Below are positions 1 through 12,570 of a stretch of DNA of 64,000 nucleotides, piece by piece. The DNA lies in contig JAGIQG010000012.1 in NCBI GenBank assembly GCA_024679065.1, positions 58,280,001 to 58,344,000 on the forward strand, written 5' to 3'. A program made the translations under genes and the position numbers. How positions within the stretch are numbered: the first letter of the stretch is position 1; each line of letters opens with the position of its first letter. Source of the DNA: Sphyrna mokarran. Taxonomy: Eukaryota. The notes beneath the pieces are model-generated. The model was not told where the DNA came from, ran no database searches, and worked only from the letters and a program-made list of their open reading frames with translations.

Positions 1-242
1 TATTCAGATGTCTATAAAAAAAACACTTACATATCCTATTAATACATTGATTGGAGAGACAAAAGTGCATGTGAAATTTCACTAATATTAGGTACAAAAC
101 AAAAAGACATGATCATTTCTGTTATCTTAAAGGCCCAAGTAACAGGGTAACATTTCAGCATAGACGTAATATGTGACTCAATTCCCAGCATAGACTCAAT
201 TTTATATAGCTATAAAAAAATAAAGAGGGAAAAATGAAATTA

Positions 243-437
<195 letters not shown>

Positions 438-1261
438 TTAAATATAGCTGCTACATATGGTTGAAAACTTTCTCAGATTTTCATTTTAATTTCTTCCTAT
501 GCAAATTGATTGACAATTAATACAGTTAGTCTTATATTTCCTTGGGTTAATCCAAGATCACTAAATTATTCAGATAAAATATTTTATCACATATATTCTA
601 TTAGCATATTAGTTGGAGGGGAAAATATATTTAAAATTTCAGTATGATATGTACACAATACTAACACAATCATTTCTAATGTCTTAAAGGAGAAGTAACA
701 GGATTATATTTCAGTATAAATGTAATTGTTAGACATTCCAGTTAATTATAATAGATGCATCATTTTTAATTTTAATACTTTGTTTGAACATTATTTTAAG
801 GAGTGTTTGAATGAGCCAGTTCCACTGGCCAACTTTTGTCTCATAGAATGAGAGACAAGACAAAACATTGGCTCCTTATTATGTAGTCCTTTAATTATAG
901 TATCTGTTGTCAGTTAGACAAGTTTAATAGAATCTACAATAGCCTGCAGGGTAAATCCAATATTATTAACCTCTGATCTATTTTGAACAGCTATATCTCA
1001 TGATGAGATGCTTGTTAACTATGACAATAGCATTTCAAGTGACACAGAATAACAAATGCAGATTCTGATTTTCATTACAAATATAACTAGTATACAATAA
1101 GGCATTAATGACTTTTTTTTACTGCTCTTTACCAAACAAAGACTCCAAGGGAGAAAAATTGCTTATAGCTCACTGTAAACATTATATGAGGGAAAATATA
1201 TTTGATGTGCACACACTGGAAGCACTATTTTACTACTGACTTTCTGCATGACAGTATTAAA

Positions 1262-1563
1262 GAAAAAAGAACTTGCAGTTTTATGGCAACTTTCACAACC
1301 TCAAGGCATCTCAGAACACTGTACAGCCAATTAAGCACTTTTGACGTGTAGTCATTACTGTAATTGAGAAATCCTGGAAGCCAATTTGCCTACAACAAGT
1401 TCCCACAAAGAACAATAAAATAAGCAACAAGCTTTACATGTTGGTTGGGGAAAATATATTAGCCTGGACACCAGAATAACATCCCTGTTCTTTTTCACTC
1501 AGTGCCCTAGATCTTTTATGAGAGTGTGTTGACTTCTTGGTTGAAACATTTTCATCCAAATGG
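1262..1563 (-). mobile_element. Old Deu-domain-type SINE (SacSINE1/AmnSINE1-like), partial
   Basis: Reverse complement resembles 36670-36980 (gggaacttgttg..gcaaattggct..tgggatg..gaggttgtgaaag..ataaa.tgcaagttc); heavily diverged. Confidence 0.6.
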
Positions 1564-1609
1564 AAAAATGTAAATCCAACATATAATATAAATTGCTAAA
1601 TAATGCAAC

Positions 1610-1760
1610 AGAGGATGAGATTAAAACTAGTAAAATGCAAGTACAGGATTGATATTTGGAAACGCTTTTTCACACAGAGGGTGATGAATCTCAGGATTGA
1701 GTTCCTAGATAAAGAATGGTAGAAATAAATTCTTGCATCATTCAAGACTGGATGCTTCAG
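1610..1760 (+). mobile_element. Ancient CR1 LINE 3' fragment
   Basis: ggaaacgctttttcacacagagggtgatgaatctc = RFFTQRVMNL, the CR1 ORF2 C-terminal motif. Confidence 0.6.
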
Positions 1761-2204
1761 TGACAGGGGTCTCTAGAGTGCTTCTGGATTGATGAATTGA
1801 AATGTCCAAATCCTCTTTAAGCCATAAATATCTCCTACTCTTGTGAATGTCAAGTTTATTAATTTTCAGTTGATCTATTAGTGACATGCGAACTCAGTGC
1901 ACACAATAATTCATCATACAATACCACGTTTAGAGAATTACTTGGTACTTTTCAATGCTCAGCCTTCTCTTGTGCAGATCATATCAGTATAATAAATGGC
2001 CATAAAATTAATGTTTCCACATTTTTTTGGATCCAAAGAAGTACAGGACAGTTTGCAGTTCTCTGCAATCTCCTTTCCAATCAATGCATTTGCCTCATCT
2101 TCCTTCATGTGCTGAATTTTATCTTTTCAAGTCATTTTAAATACCTTTCAACTCTGTCCACTGCTCCAATAGTTTTTCTCAAACTAAGACTACAAAATTA
2201 AGAT

Positions 2205-2390
2205 AAAATACTGTGAACGTTGGAAGCCTGAAATATAGTTAGAAGATGTTGGAAATACTCATTAGCACAATCAGCATCTGTTGAAAATTAGTTATTTTAC
2301 TGATCAGTGTTGATGATATATCACCAACCTGAAATGCTGTGTCTCCATTGATGTTTCGCTGACCTGTAAGCATTTTCTATTTTTATGGCT
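2205..2390. mobile_element. Degenerate palindromic Penelope-like terminal element
   Basis: Left arm (gttggaaatactca..cagcatctg) is inverse to the right arm (gatgttt.gctgacctgtaagcattttctatttttat); the centre has a decayed tgatga..acctgaaa core. Confidence 0.5.
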
Positions 2391-2544
2391 TATATGCATT
2401 CACCATAATATATCAGGGAATAAAGGCTTTAATCATGAGGACAAGTCACAGAATATAGGTTTTTATTCCTTTCATTTGAGGGGTGATTTAATTAAGGTCT
2501 AAAACAGTTAAAGAGATTTAATGGAGCAGGTACTGAGAAATTAT

Positions 2545-3388
2545 GGGGGTCATTTTCAGGCCTTGCCATGCCTGGCGCAGATCGTGTCAATTCTGGAAAA
2601 TACAGTGTGGGCCTAAAAATGTGTTTTGTGCCCGGTGTCAAATGTTTTGCAGTCTTCCTGGTCCCTTTCTATTGACAAAACTGGATTGCGCCCAGAAAAT
2701 GTGCAAGGCCAATTAGCACATTTAAGGTAGTATTTAAATATACTTAGGCTGCTTGACACTAGATTCTCCCAGTTCCTGGAATCTTCTGACCCTTGGGTGC
2801 AGCACGGGCCTGGTGAGAATCACTACAGGTCTCCACTAGCGGAGACCATGTGTGATGGCCAAGCCGGCAGAGGGAGTTCGGAGATCATTGAAGCCTCCAG
2901 GTGATTGGGGACATGGCTGGGCAGTTGTCATCTGGCGTAACTAATCTGGCACAATAGCACTACCACCTTGGTATACTGGCAATATCCATCTGGCACTGCT
3001 AACCTGGCACACAGCAGTGTTAAAGGTGGGGCCTGAAAGGAGGCTGTCAAGGGTAGTTGTGAAGGGGAGGCATGAAGAAGGGGCATGTCAGAGGACCCAA
3101 TGCCAGTGAGCTTTGTTGTGGAGAGGTGGGGGAGAGACATGTTGCCGCTAATGCGAGAAGGAGCGTGTCCTGATGTCTCTGGGGGAAAGGTGGGAATTGT
3201 AGGATCAGAACACCCTTTCAAAACAGTGCCTGATTGCTTGTTTAAGATATGCCTCTTCCAGAACCAGTGCACAACTCACCACTCTCTCAAAAATGAATAA
3301 GTACAGAATGATTGCAGTCTGGCCAGACAGAATGGCACGGACCGCTCTGGTTTTCTTGCCATCATGACATTTTCAGAAAATCAAGCCC
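2545..3388. mobile_element. Non-autonomous Harbinger-type DNA transposon (MITE)
   Basis: Imperfect TIRs GGGGGTCATTTTC / GAAAATCAAGCCC flanked by TAT on both sides; interior resembles 54145-55210. Confidence 0.65.
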
Positions 3389-3439
3389 TATATCATCTAA
3401 AAGAGGAATACAGAGTAAAGAGGATTCATCAAAACTCCA

Positions 3440-3752
3440 GGGCAGCATGGTGGTACAGTGGTTAGCACTGCTGCCTCACGTGCCAGGGACCTGGGTTCAA
3501 TTCCAGCCTTGGATCACTGTCTGTATGGAATTTACATGCTTGCACACTCTCTCTGCGCCTCTATGGGTTTCCACCCACAGTCCAAAAATGTGCAGGTTAG
3601 GTGGATTGGTCATAATCAATTGCCCCTTAGTGTCAGGGGGATTAACAGGGCAAATACATAGGATTATGGGGATAGGGCTAGGTGGAATTGTTGTCAGTGC
3701 AGGCTCAATGGGGCGAATGGCCTCCTTCTGCACTGTAGGGTTTCTATGTTTC
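3440..3752 (+). mobile_element. HE1-type tRNA-derived SINE
   Basis: ggcagcatggtggtacagtggttagcactgctgcctcac (A box), ggttcaattcc (B box), V-domain core, CR1-like tail gaatggcctccttctgcactgtaggg.ttctatg. Confidence 0.9.
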
Positions 3753-4274
3753 TGAGGCCAATCATGAAGAGTAAAAAAGTAATGAAAATATGGAACTCAC
3801 TTGCTTCGAAGGCTGTTGGTGCTATGTTAATTGAACTGTTCAAGATTGAGTTATTGGGAAGGGACCAATGGGATATAGAATTCAGGTACAACTACAATCC
3901 AATGGAATGATGGAACCAAAGACTGCCAAGATTAAATCAGTGTCTCCTTTCTGAAAACACTTTTATTGTGTGATAGAACACGTGTAATGTACTAGGTTAA
4001 ACCCTCAATATTATAAAACTCTGCTTCTGCATACAAGTTTACTTGATAAAATCACAGATGAGGAATTAACCTGATTCTGTGGTGATCTCTATTTTTCACC
4101 AACTGAAGGAACAGCTAGAAAATGGAAAGCTTCATATGTTGGGTATACTGATCTTGATGCTGGTTTCTCTACTCTATGTGCCCCATGCAAAATCTTTCAA
4201 TTTAGAGTCTTTTTTATTTATATTGGTGAATTGGTGGTTCAGAATGCAAATATTGAGTCACATATACTCAATAG

Positions 4275-4600
4275 GGGCAGCATGATAGCACTGATGCCTC
4301 AGACCACACCTGGTTCAATTCCAGCTTGGCTGACTGACTGTGTGAAGTTTGCACATTCTCTCCATGTCTGTGTGGGTTTTTCCAGGTGCTCAGCTTCCTT
4401 CCCACAATCCAAAGTTGAGCCAGTTAAGTGGGTTGGCCATGTTAAATTGCTCCTTAGTGTCCCTAGATGTGTAAGTTAGGGGATTAGCAAGGTAAATATG
4501 TGGGGTTACGCGATAAGACCTGATTAAGGTGCTTTGTTAAAGAGTTGGCGTATGCGCAATGGGTCGAATGGCCTCCTTCTGCATTGTAGGGATGTGATGA
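4275..4600 (+). mobile_element. HE1-type SINE
   Basis: Same head, core and tail as 3440-3752. Confidence 0.88.
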
Positions 4601-5702
4601 TGGAGATCTACTGTTCACTCAAATTAAATGCACATTTTTAAAATATCTAAAGCTTCCATTCTTTTGTTTAGCAGTCTATATTAACCAGAAAGCAAAATGT
4701 TTTTTTCCCTATAGTTCCTGTTTTCTCCCTTCCTTTCACAAAGATGTTGATTTCTGTGAGTAACAGTACCATGTAAACTAACCATTAATCAGCTAGAATT
4801 ACTGGCTATGGGTGAAACTTAACTCTAGGCATCAGAAGGCTCTTTAATGGAGATTGAATATCATTTAACCCAGTTCTATCCTCATACAAAATTGTTGCGT
4901 GAATTCCCTTCCATAAGTTGTTGGATAACAGTTTCTGTTTCTGCTTTAGTTGTGTCCGCATCACAGACTAATACCTCTTTTCTTTAAATCTGTATATGAA
5001 TAGCACTAGCTAAACTAAACATGGCTTACTGAAGTAATAATCCTGATCATGAAAACTCTTAAATGGAAATAATCTAAAGGTGAGTCTTATAGATTTCAAG
5101 AGACAGGACTGTGATTATTTCCACTGGCAGTTTGTTTCAGCATGAGATTGTTCTGGAGAACAAAGAAAGTTAATCCACTGTTTTGGAAACAGATAGTCCT
5201 TGTAGTTTGGGCCAATGACTACCTCAGACTTTTACATTGCCAGAGGGCACCAAGAACTTGTTTTTGTTAATTCGTGTCAGTCCATTACATATTTGATAGA
5301 ACATAGTCTATTTTTTCCTGCTCTGAGGTGATTCTCAGTCCAAATCTTTGATCAAGGATATGACACGATTGTATTTCTGATTCATGGAGAATTGATGGAT
5401 TGCTTCAATCTTATTTACATCCTTTTATCATGTAAGGATCTAACACACAACTTACAAACTGAAGGATTGGACGAACAAGTATTTGGTAAGCTATAATACT
5501 GATATATCTGTTGCAATAGCAAAGGTTCCTCCTCAGAAATCCAAGAATTCTCTTTTCTTTAGAGGTTATTTGCTGAATCCCAGCATTGGAATTCTACTTG
5601 ATATTCCTGCACAGGAACACTGGGCCAATTACAGTAGAACTACAAACTACATAAACTTGAGTACATTCCTGAATTCTCACTGTTCCAAATGCTGATCTGT
5701 TT

Positions 5703-5800
5703 GCTGCTGCCTCACAATGCCAGAACCCAGGTTCGATTCCCTGCTTGGATTACTGTCTGTGCAGAGTCTGTACATTCTCCTCGTATCTGTGTGAGTCATG
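5703..5800 (+). mobile_element. HE1-type SINE, 5' fragment
   Basis: gctgctgcctcacaatgccagaacccaggttcgattccc...gagtctgtacattctcc. Confidence 0.75.
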
Positions 5801-6830
5801 TTTTCATTTTGTGGTAAATCAATCCACGCACTAACCTTGGAATGTAGTATGCTTCGTGGATATAGACACTTTTGTTTCATTGTTCTTAAGTTATTAATGC
5901 TGAATACTGCCAGTAATGCTCACAGAATACAATGAGGATGACATGATAAAACTGAGGGCATCTCGAGCTGAACTGTAAGATTCTAGCTGAGGTGTTCAGA
6001 ACTTTTTGAAAACCACGGGAGAAAAGATGAAGGAGTTCATGTTAGGCAAAACATTCTGGAAATGCGCAGAAGCCAAACAGTAGCTGGTAAAGTAAGTTAA
6101 CAGTGAGATGGGGCACTATATCAAAACTGGTTAAACCTGAAAAATTGGATTATAGTTTCTTTCCTGACCTCTTATCAATTCCTATCAGTTTTTGATCCTA
6201 TTTCAGATTAAAAGCATGTGCATATTCATTTTAGTAGTTTATTTTTATTCTTGATACAGAAATTGTTACCTAACTTCACCAAGAACATCCAGGTTAGTAA
6301 GTTTCTTTGCTGTTAACTATATTAATTATTTGGTGTCAATGCTATTTCAAGAGTTTGGTGATGGAAAATTTGAAGGGATAATTTATCTGTGATATAGTAC
6401 AGTGTACCATTACTCTGATAGGTAATTGTATATTATTTATATCTGGAATTAAGGATCTACTGATGACCATGTACTAATCATAGGCATTGCTGGCCAACCA
6501 GCAACTCCCATGTCCCACGAATGAATAAAGGATATTATTTATAGAGGCCACGGTATACTGCAAACAAAATTGTCAGTCTTGACACCAGACCATAGAATGA
6601 AGGATACCATGCAAATCTTGAATTCATCTCCTGACCATCATATATTGCATATTGTACTCTGTACACTTTTTTTTTGCTGGGCAGCCAGTGATAAAAATAT
6701 AAAGGGATTTGAAATGAAGCATGGATTTTTGATTTCCAAGATGAAGTATAATAATAAAAATCTCCCATCCCGAGAGTAGAAACACAGAAAGCACAATCTA
6801 GTGCGAGAACAAATATTGCAAAAAAGGTTT

Positions 6831-6864
6831 TGTCAAAGCTTTTTGTCTTGCACTCATCAGCACA
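6831..6864 (-). ncRNA. Decayed hammerhead-ribozyme motif
   Basis: tgtg CTGATGA gt gcaag ac AAAA agct TT gaca; the G of GAAA and the cleavage-site C are both changed by CpG-type transitions. Confidence 0.5.
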
Positions 6865-7719
6865 ATTTGCGAGGATATCAACTTTATTCTGTATAAGAGA
6901 GTGCTGATTGGTTGGCAAAAAAGCTGTAATTGGAGGAGGCATTGCCATGGAGAATGCATCAGTTAATGACAACTGACAGTTAACTGCCAAGCATTGTTTG
7001 AAAGTTTAAATCAGGCAGCTTGATTCTGATTGGTGAAGGCATTGCACTGAGGAATGAACCCAGAAGATTAAGGTCACTTATTTGTGTACATATTCTGTCT
7101 GCAAAAAACAGGGTTCTGTGTATTAATATATGTAGCTTCCAGTAGATGCAAATGCACTGCATTGTAAACCCGACTAACAATTTTAAATTGGTTGTCAGAA
7201 CCTTTGGCACACTGAGAATTAATTCGCAAATGCCATCCAATCGCAGAATTAAATCTAACGTGGACACCTTGTTTTGAATTTTGCAAGCACAGGCTGGTGG
7301 ATACAGGCTGTACCTTGCCTGTTGCAAACAACAGCTGGGTGAGACTTTAACGCGAGTGGCCAGTATTTAATGTGTACGACTTATATACCCGCATCACATT
7401 GGCACTGAAATTCAAATGCTAAATTGTTCTTCATTATGTGATAGGCAGAAAGTCATTTGCATTTGATGGCAGCATCCTGTTAGCGGTGAATACAATTTGT
7501 GTTGCTACTGCATAGTAGCAGTGTTAAACTGCCAACTGTTGCTCAATTTTTGAGATGCCTTGGCAGAGAATCCTTGGCAGTTAACTGTCAGTTATCATTA
7601 ACTAGTGCATTCTTCATTACAACACCTCCACTAATCAGGGTCCACTTGCCAACCAATCAACATTCATGTCTCATACAGCATAAGGTCATTATGTTCTCTG
7701 AAATTGATATTTTTGTGAT

Positions 7720-7753
7720 TGGCCTGATGAGTGCAAGATGAAAAGCTTCGACA
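7720..7753 (+). ncRNA. Minimal hammerhead-ribozyme motif (Penelope type)
   Basis: tggc CTGATGA gt gcaag at GAAA agct TC gaca: intact core, short stem II, palindromic AAGCTT stem III, UC cleavage site; stem I has one mismatch. Confidence 0.6.
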
Positions 7754-8074
7754 TAATGTTTTCAGCAATACTCAAGTTCTGTATTACCAAATGGCTGTAG
7801 ACATATTATAAATTTATAATTTCTAACTAATGTAGAATAATGTACTATATATGTTAAACAACAGCTCACTGCTTCTATAAACTACGGTGTGTTTATTGTG
7901 ATTTTAAAAATTAATGGCTGACTTAAAATAGATTTTCATACTAATGAAATGATGCATTAAACTGACCAGCATCAGTAACACATTCAATTCCTGAACTTCC
8001 CAGAGTTTTCCCCAATGTCCTCTCATAATCTTGGAAGGATATGAGCAGCACCCCAAGATTCTGTGTTTACGCCA

Positions 8075-8230
8075 GGGATTTTGTCAATCTCAAACCAGAG
8101 GACCCTGCAGATATTCCAACTATACTTGCCCCAAGACCAGAAAATCCCACCCAAGCTCAAAGAACATTTGCACGGCCCTGTCCTGCCCACTATGATTTCC
8201 ATGGTGAATGAGATGGGAAAATTCTGCCCT
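8075..8230. mobile_element. Short Harbinger-type MITE
   Basis: gggattttg...gggaaaattctgccc ends; similar to 25700-25830. Confidence 0.5.
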
Positions 8231-9997
8231 TGATGTTGATTTATTCAGTTGTCACAAAACTCCGACTGTAAATCTAAATGTTATGTCTCAGTGGCTCTTG
8301 GAACACAGCGAATAGTATATTTTCTAATTTATAAACAGGTGGAATCATGTAATACGCAGAATAATAAATACCTAGGACAAAATGAAAAGAAAATAATCAT
8401 TTTAGTCTGGAAATTATAGGTCCACTAATCATAGATAAAATGTATGTCTCTCAAAGTTTCCAGGAAAATTGACACTTTCTGCCATAATATTAGTGCTTTT
8501 CAGTTTGTGGGCAAAAATGTAGGACTTCTTTCCCATAAAGTGGGCCAGTCAATGAGAAGGAAGCAGCAACAAATCAGCTGTAAATTGTAATTAGAAGCTT
8601 GTTTGATTTACCAACACCTCTAAGCCTTCTCCAAGGACTAAGGAGAGATGGTAAACAATTCACAGGATGGTAATCTCCCCCGGAAAAAAAGTTCTTGGTG
8701 TATCGGAAGTGGGAGGAAGTAACTTGAAGCTGGGGACACTGATCAATCAACATAGTCATAATGCAGTTAACTCACCCTCAGAGCAACGGTAACATAAAGT
8801 TCAGGGAAGTCTAAGCCAACAGGAAAGCACTGTAATCTTACAAACTGCCAACACAGTTCAGACAGAATCTTCCATTCTGGAGACTAAGTTAGTGGCTGGC
8901 GGGGAAGTCAGCGTGATTCCTGCGGATAACAGGTTGGGTGAACACGCACAATCTTCCACTTTTGAGCTCATTAATTATACATCAGCAAGCAGTTTGGTGA
9001 ATCTTGTGGTAGAGAACAGCAGGAAGTGGCTTGCCCCACCATTATTACTTCTTGGGGTCAAAAGTCATGGCACCATTTTTATGGGGCACCCAAACAGACA
9101 TTCATTCATTCCAGTCCAGGAGATCCATGCTGCTCCTCCAGAGGCCTTGTGGCCACAGCTCATACGGAAGAAATTCACAGATGGGAGCAACCACATCCTA
9201 GGACCTACGTGGGTGCCTCTGGCATTGCCTTTCACTTATCTTTACACAACAGCACCGCTGACCATACACCCATTCTTGAGACAATGCTCACCATTGCAGA
9301 GGTCCATGTTTGCTGGAACCTTGACCCTGCAGCCTTTTGCTGCTCAGGATCTTGTTCCTCTTAGCCCTGTGCAGACTGATGACGCAACTTCATTCTCGTC
9401 ATCTGGATTTGAGCAGCCAGCATCATCAACGGCCTCAGTGGACGACTGAATAAGTGATACATTATGCGAACATGCCGTGTACTGGTCTCCTTGCATCTCA
9501 AAGCCAGCAGGCCAGTGTTAATCTGACCTCTGCCTAGACATGGCATTTACACCTCTAAGGTAAAGGCCATCCTGGAGAGCTAAAATGTTCATACACGAAA
9601 GCTTACGGCAATGTTGCATTTTGACCTGGGTGATGAGAGCTGTATACAAGAAGCCTGAAGTGGGCACCTTTCTGCTTGACCACTACCCCCAAATATCTAT
9701 AGAGCCTTGGCAGCATTGAAAGACTAAACACATGAGCCCTTCCAACCATTTCCATTCACTTGGGGAGACAGAGGTTTAGAGATACAAGTTTGGCTGACGT
9801 ACACCAGCTGTGCCCTTGGAGGCATCCATCTCCCTCCTCCCCTTCTTTCCTGCCTCTTTTTGCAGCCAATACAAATGGTACAGTATGAATGGCAGCTCTA
9901 CACCTTACTGCAATCTCGACGTTATGAATCAGCAACAAACTTGCGGCTGGATTTTACCACAGAGCGAGAATGCAACTGAGCAAGATGCTGAACTATG

Positions 9998-10095
9998 CTC
10001 TGACGACAGGTCACCCAGACTCGAAACGTTGGCTCTATTCTCTCCCCACAGATGCTGTCACACCTGCAGAAATTTTCCAGCATTTTCTGTTCTTG
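9998..10095 (+). mobile_element. Penelope-like terminal fragment with hammerhead-like core
   Basis: CTGACGA caggtc accca gactC GAAA cgtt followed by the family tail ctctccccacagatgctg..acctgc..aaattttccagcattttctgtt, which is shared with 16205, 38240, 48040 and 51720. Confidence 0.6.
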
Positions 10096-11477
10096 TTAGT
10101 TGTGTGAGTCTAACTCTCATTGTGTTGCATCTTCATTATTTGGGTGTCCCTTTAGCCTGCCACTTGTGCTGACCTTGGAACTCTAGCCACCTGAAACGAC
10201 CCTTCTCCCATCCAGAGGATCTCATCGATGAACTGCGTGGTAAAGGTCAGATTTGCAAAATAGTGCTCATCACATTCCAGACTCACCCCACCACCTTCTA
10301 CCCTCCCGCTGTCATCCACCAACTCTCCCCATCATCTTGATCCACCCAATATCACCATTCCTCTTGCCGCTGTTATCCTGGAATGTGCCACAGTCCAGTG
10401 CCACATGCCTTCCCTCCTTGGCACCCATTACTGTTCCCATGCCCACCCTGATCCTCCCCCTTCCTGTTATCCGAGCCATTTTTCTAATTCCCCACTGGTG
10501 AGATTTTCAACCACCACACTTTCAGTCTGAATCTGCCATCCTACTGCATCCAATTTCCCCCCTGCCCATTACTTTCTATCCTTTCATCAGGACTCTTGAG
10601 TTCTCCTCCTACTATCCCATAGTCAATACTATGCCCTCTGACATCTCTACACCCTTCCCCTTACACTCACCATCACCCAGCCCACCCTTCCCCCATAAGC
10701 CTAGCTTCCCTGCCCAGCCTTCGCTATCCCCCCACCCCACCCCACCTCCCACCCTCACCTGCCTCTCTTGTCCAGCCTTGCTGCAATATTTGCTAATGGC
10801 TCTCGCGTGAAGTGACCCGAGGTCTCCAAGGAGAAAGCAGCATCTATGCACCTCATAGTTGTGGAAGAGGGGAAGCCCACCACATGGAGCCACTTATATA
10901 CAATCATAAAACTAAACTTTCTGAATCCTCACTGACGGGCAACTTAATTTGGAGGGCGACATTAATTCTGGCACAGTTGTCTTTTAATATGTATGAGATG
11001 CTAATGTTTGCAAATGAGGTCCTAACTCTGTCCGTCGGGAAGCTCGGCCTGCCTTTAACCTGCCTTGAAAGTCGGGTGAACAGAATTCAAAAAGTTTAAC
11101 TTGCCGTTGGGAAACAGATTTTCTGCCCTCCACCATGATTCCTGCTGCTGGCGGAGTGGAAAATTCCATCCTGCATCTTTCCACAAAGATTCACACAGGA
11201 GGAAAGAGTCTGGGTATCACACAGCTTAAAAGAGACTGCAAACACCAAGAAGCAGCATGAAGTGAAGTCAACCTGTCAACGTTCATGTACCAGGCAATCG
11301 AAAAATAAAATATCCTGCGGTTGACTTGAGCTTTGTGCTGAATATTTATGCCATGCCTTACAGCACAAGATAACAATAAATAGAATTAGAACAGCTAAGC
11401 ATGAAAAGTCCATTTTTTTTTTTCACTGCTACAGTTTCTCTTTAAGAAGTGTTGAAGCCATGAAATAGATCTTGGTA

Positions 11478-11795
11478 GGGCAGCGTGATGGCACAGCGGA
11501 CTGCGGCCTCACAACGTCAGGGACCCAGGTCCAATTATAGCTTCAGGTCACTGCCTGTGTGGAGTTTGCACATTCTCCCCATGTCTGGGTGGGTTTCCTC
11601 CAGGTGCTTTGGTTTCCTCCCACAGTCCAAAGATGTGTGGGTTAGGTTGATTGGCCATGCTAACATGACTGTCATGTCGGGGTCAATTTAGCAATATATG
11701 AGTTACAGGAATAGGGCTTGGGTGGGATTGTGGTTGGTGCAGACATAATGGGCCAAATGGCCTCCTTCTGCACTGTACAGATTCTTTGATTCTAT
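11478..11795 (+). mobile_element. HE1-type SINE
   Basis: gggcagcg.gatggcacag...gtggagtttgcacattctcccc...aatggcctccttctgcactgta.agattct. Confidence 0.88.
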
Positions 11796-11819
11796 TTTCT
11801 GTCAGTCTTTCTGGCTGCA

Positions 11820-12570
11820 TTGCTGGTAGGATGTTTTCATCCTAGTTTGTCATCCTGGTTATCAACATGCAGGCCAGGGGCTTGTTATAGAGCACACAGC
11901 TCTGTTTCAAGGTACCGACATCCACATTTGATAAATTTGAATTAATATGAGTTTCATTGCACTTTGTGCTCTGCTTCGACACATGATAGGCGCATGGGTA
12001 TCACCAGCATTGGCATGTCTCCTGATGCCATCTTTCATTCTCTTTCAAGTAAGGGTGACACAGATGGTACTTTGAAATAAAGGGATCCTCAGCACTTCTG
12101 GGGAAGCAAGCATTCTGCATGTTCTATATTGCTCATTGTGTATAACATTCTCACTGAAATATGAAAAAAATCATTTTTGGGAAGTCAAACAACACACGGG
12201 AGCTTGAATGGCAAATAGAGAGTTAATCCCGGATCCTCTATACATTAGGTTCTATAGATTTCTGTTGCCCTCTCACATTGCTGCTGTTGGTGGGTGGCAA
12301 AAATAACACAATTGTTGGCTTGCTGAATAAAGCAAATGTGACATCCTTGATACATTGCAGGCTGCCAACCTGGCTGACACTGCATGTTTCTCAGGACGAG
12401 CTGGAAGAGCTTTGAACATATCACTTTAAAATGAGACAGCCAAACTTTGCTACCACAGATAGTAATAGTGATGTGACACTCTTTACAGAGGTCTTGATGA
12501 AAGCATAGTTTTGCCATAGTATCTCTGTTAAACCTAAATGTCATGGTCTCATTATCTAAGCTGTGCTTGG
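11820..12570 (-). pseudogene. Highly decayed Harbinger (HARBI1-like) transposase remnant
   Basis: Minus strand across frameshifts: FRFNRDTMAKLC..DL, SSSFQL, SVSQ...CIKDVT, matching the Harbinger N-terminal/HTH region (FRFS...GSFQ...GxSQ...CIxxVT). Confidence 0.5.

Larger units (their letters stand above)
6814..7770. mobile_element. Long inverted repeat (arms ~6814-6992 and ~7573-7770); probable Penelope-like element pseudo-LTR pair
   Basis: The arms align in inverse orientation (cttggcagttaactgtcagtt.tcattaact..tgcattct...gccaaccaatca...ctgatgagtgcaaga..aaaagctt.gaca), and each ends in a hammerhead core. Confidence 0.75.

Noticed and set aside
6535-7741. Two ORFs with similar peptides (AVNCQLSLT...LPTNQHS) suggesting paralogous genes
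   Set aside because: The similarity comes from the nucleotide-level inverted repeat; non-ATG starts, no splice structure.
8574-8759. ORF with DYHP resembling the SERTAD4 DFHP segment
   Set aside because: Chance match; the true exon with YFKRKYVE and proper splice sites is at 309-424.
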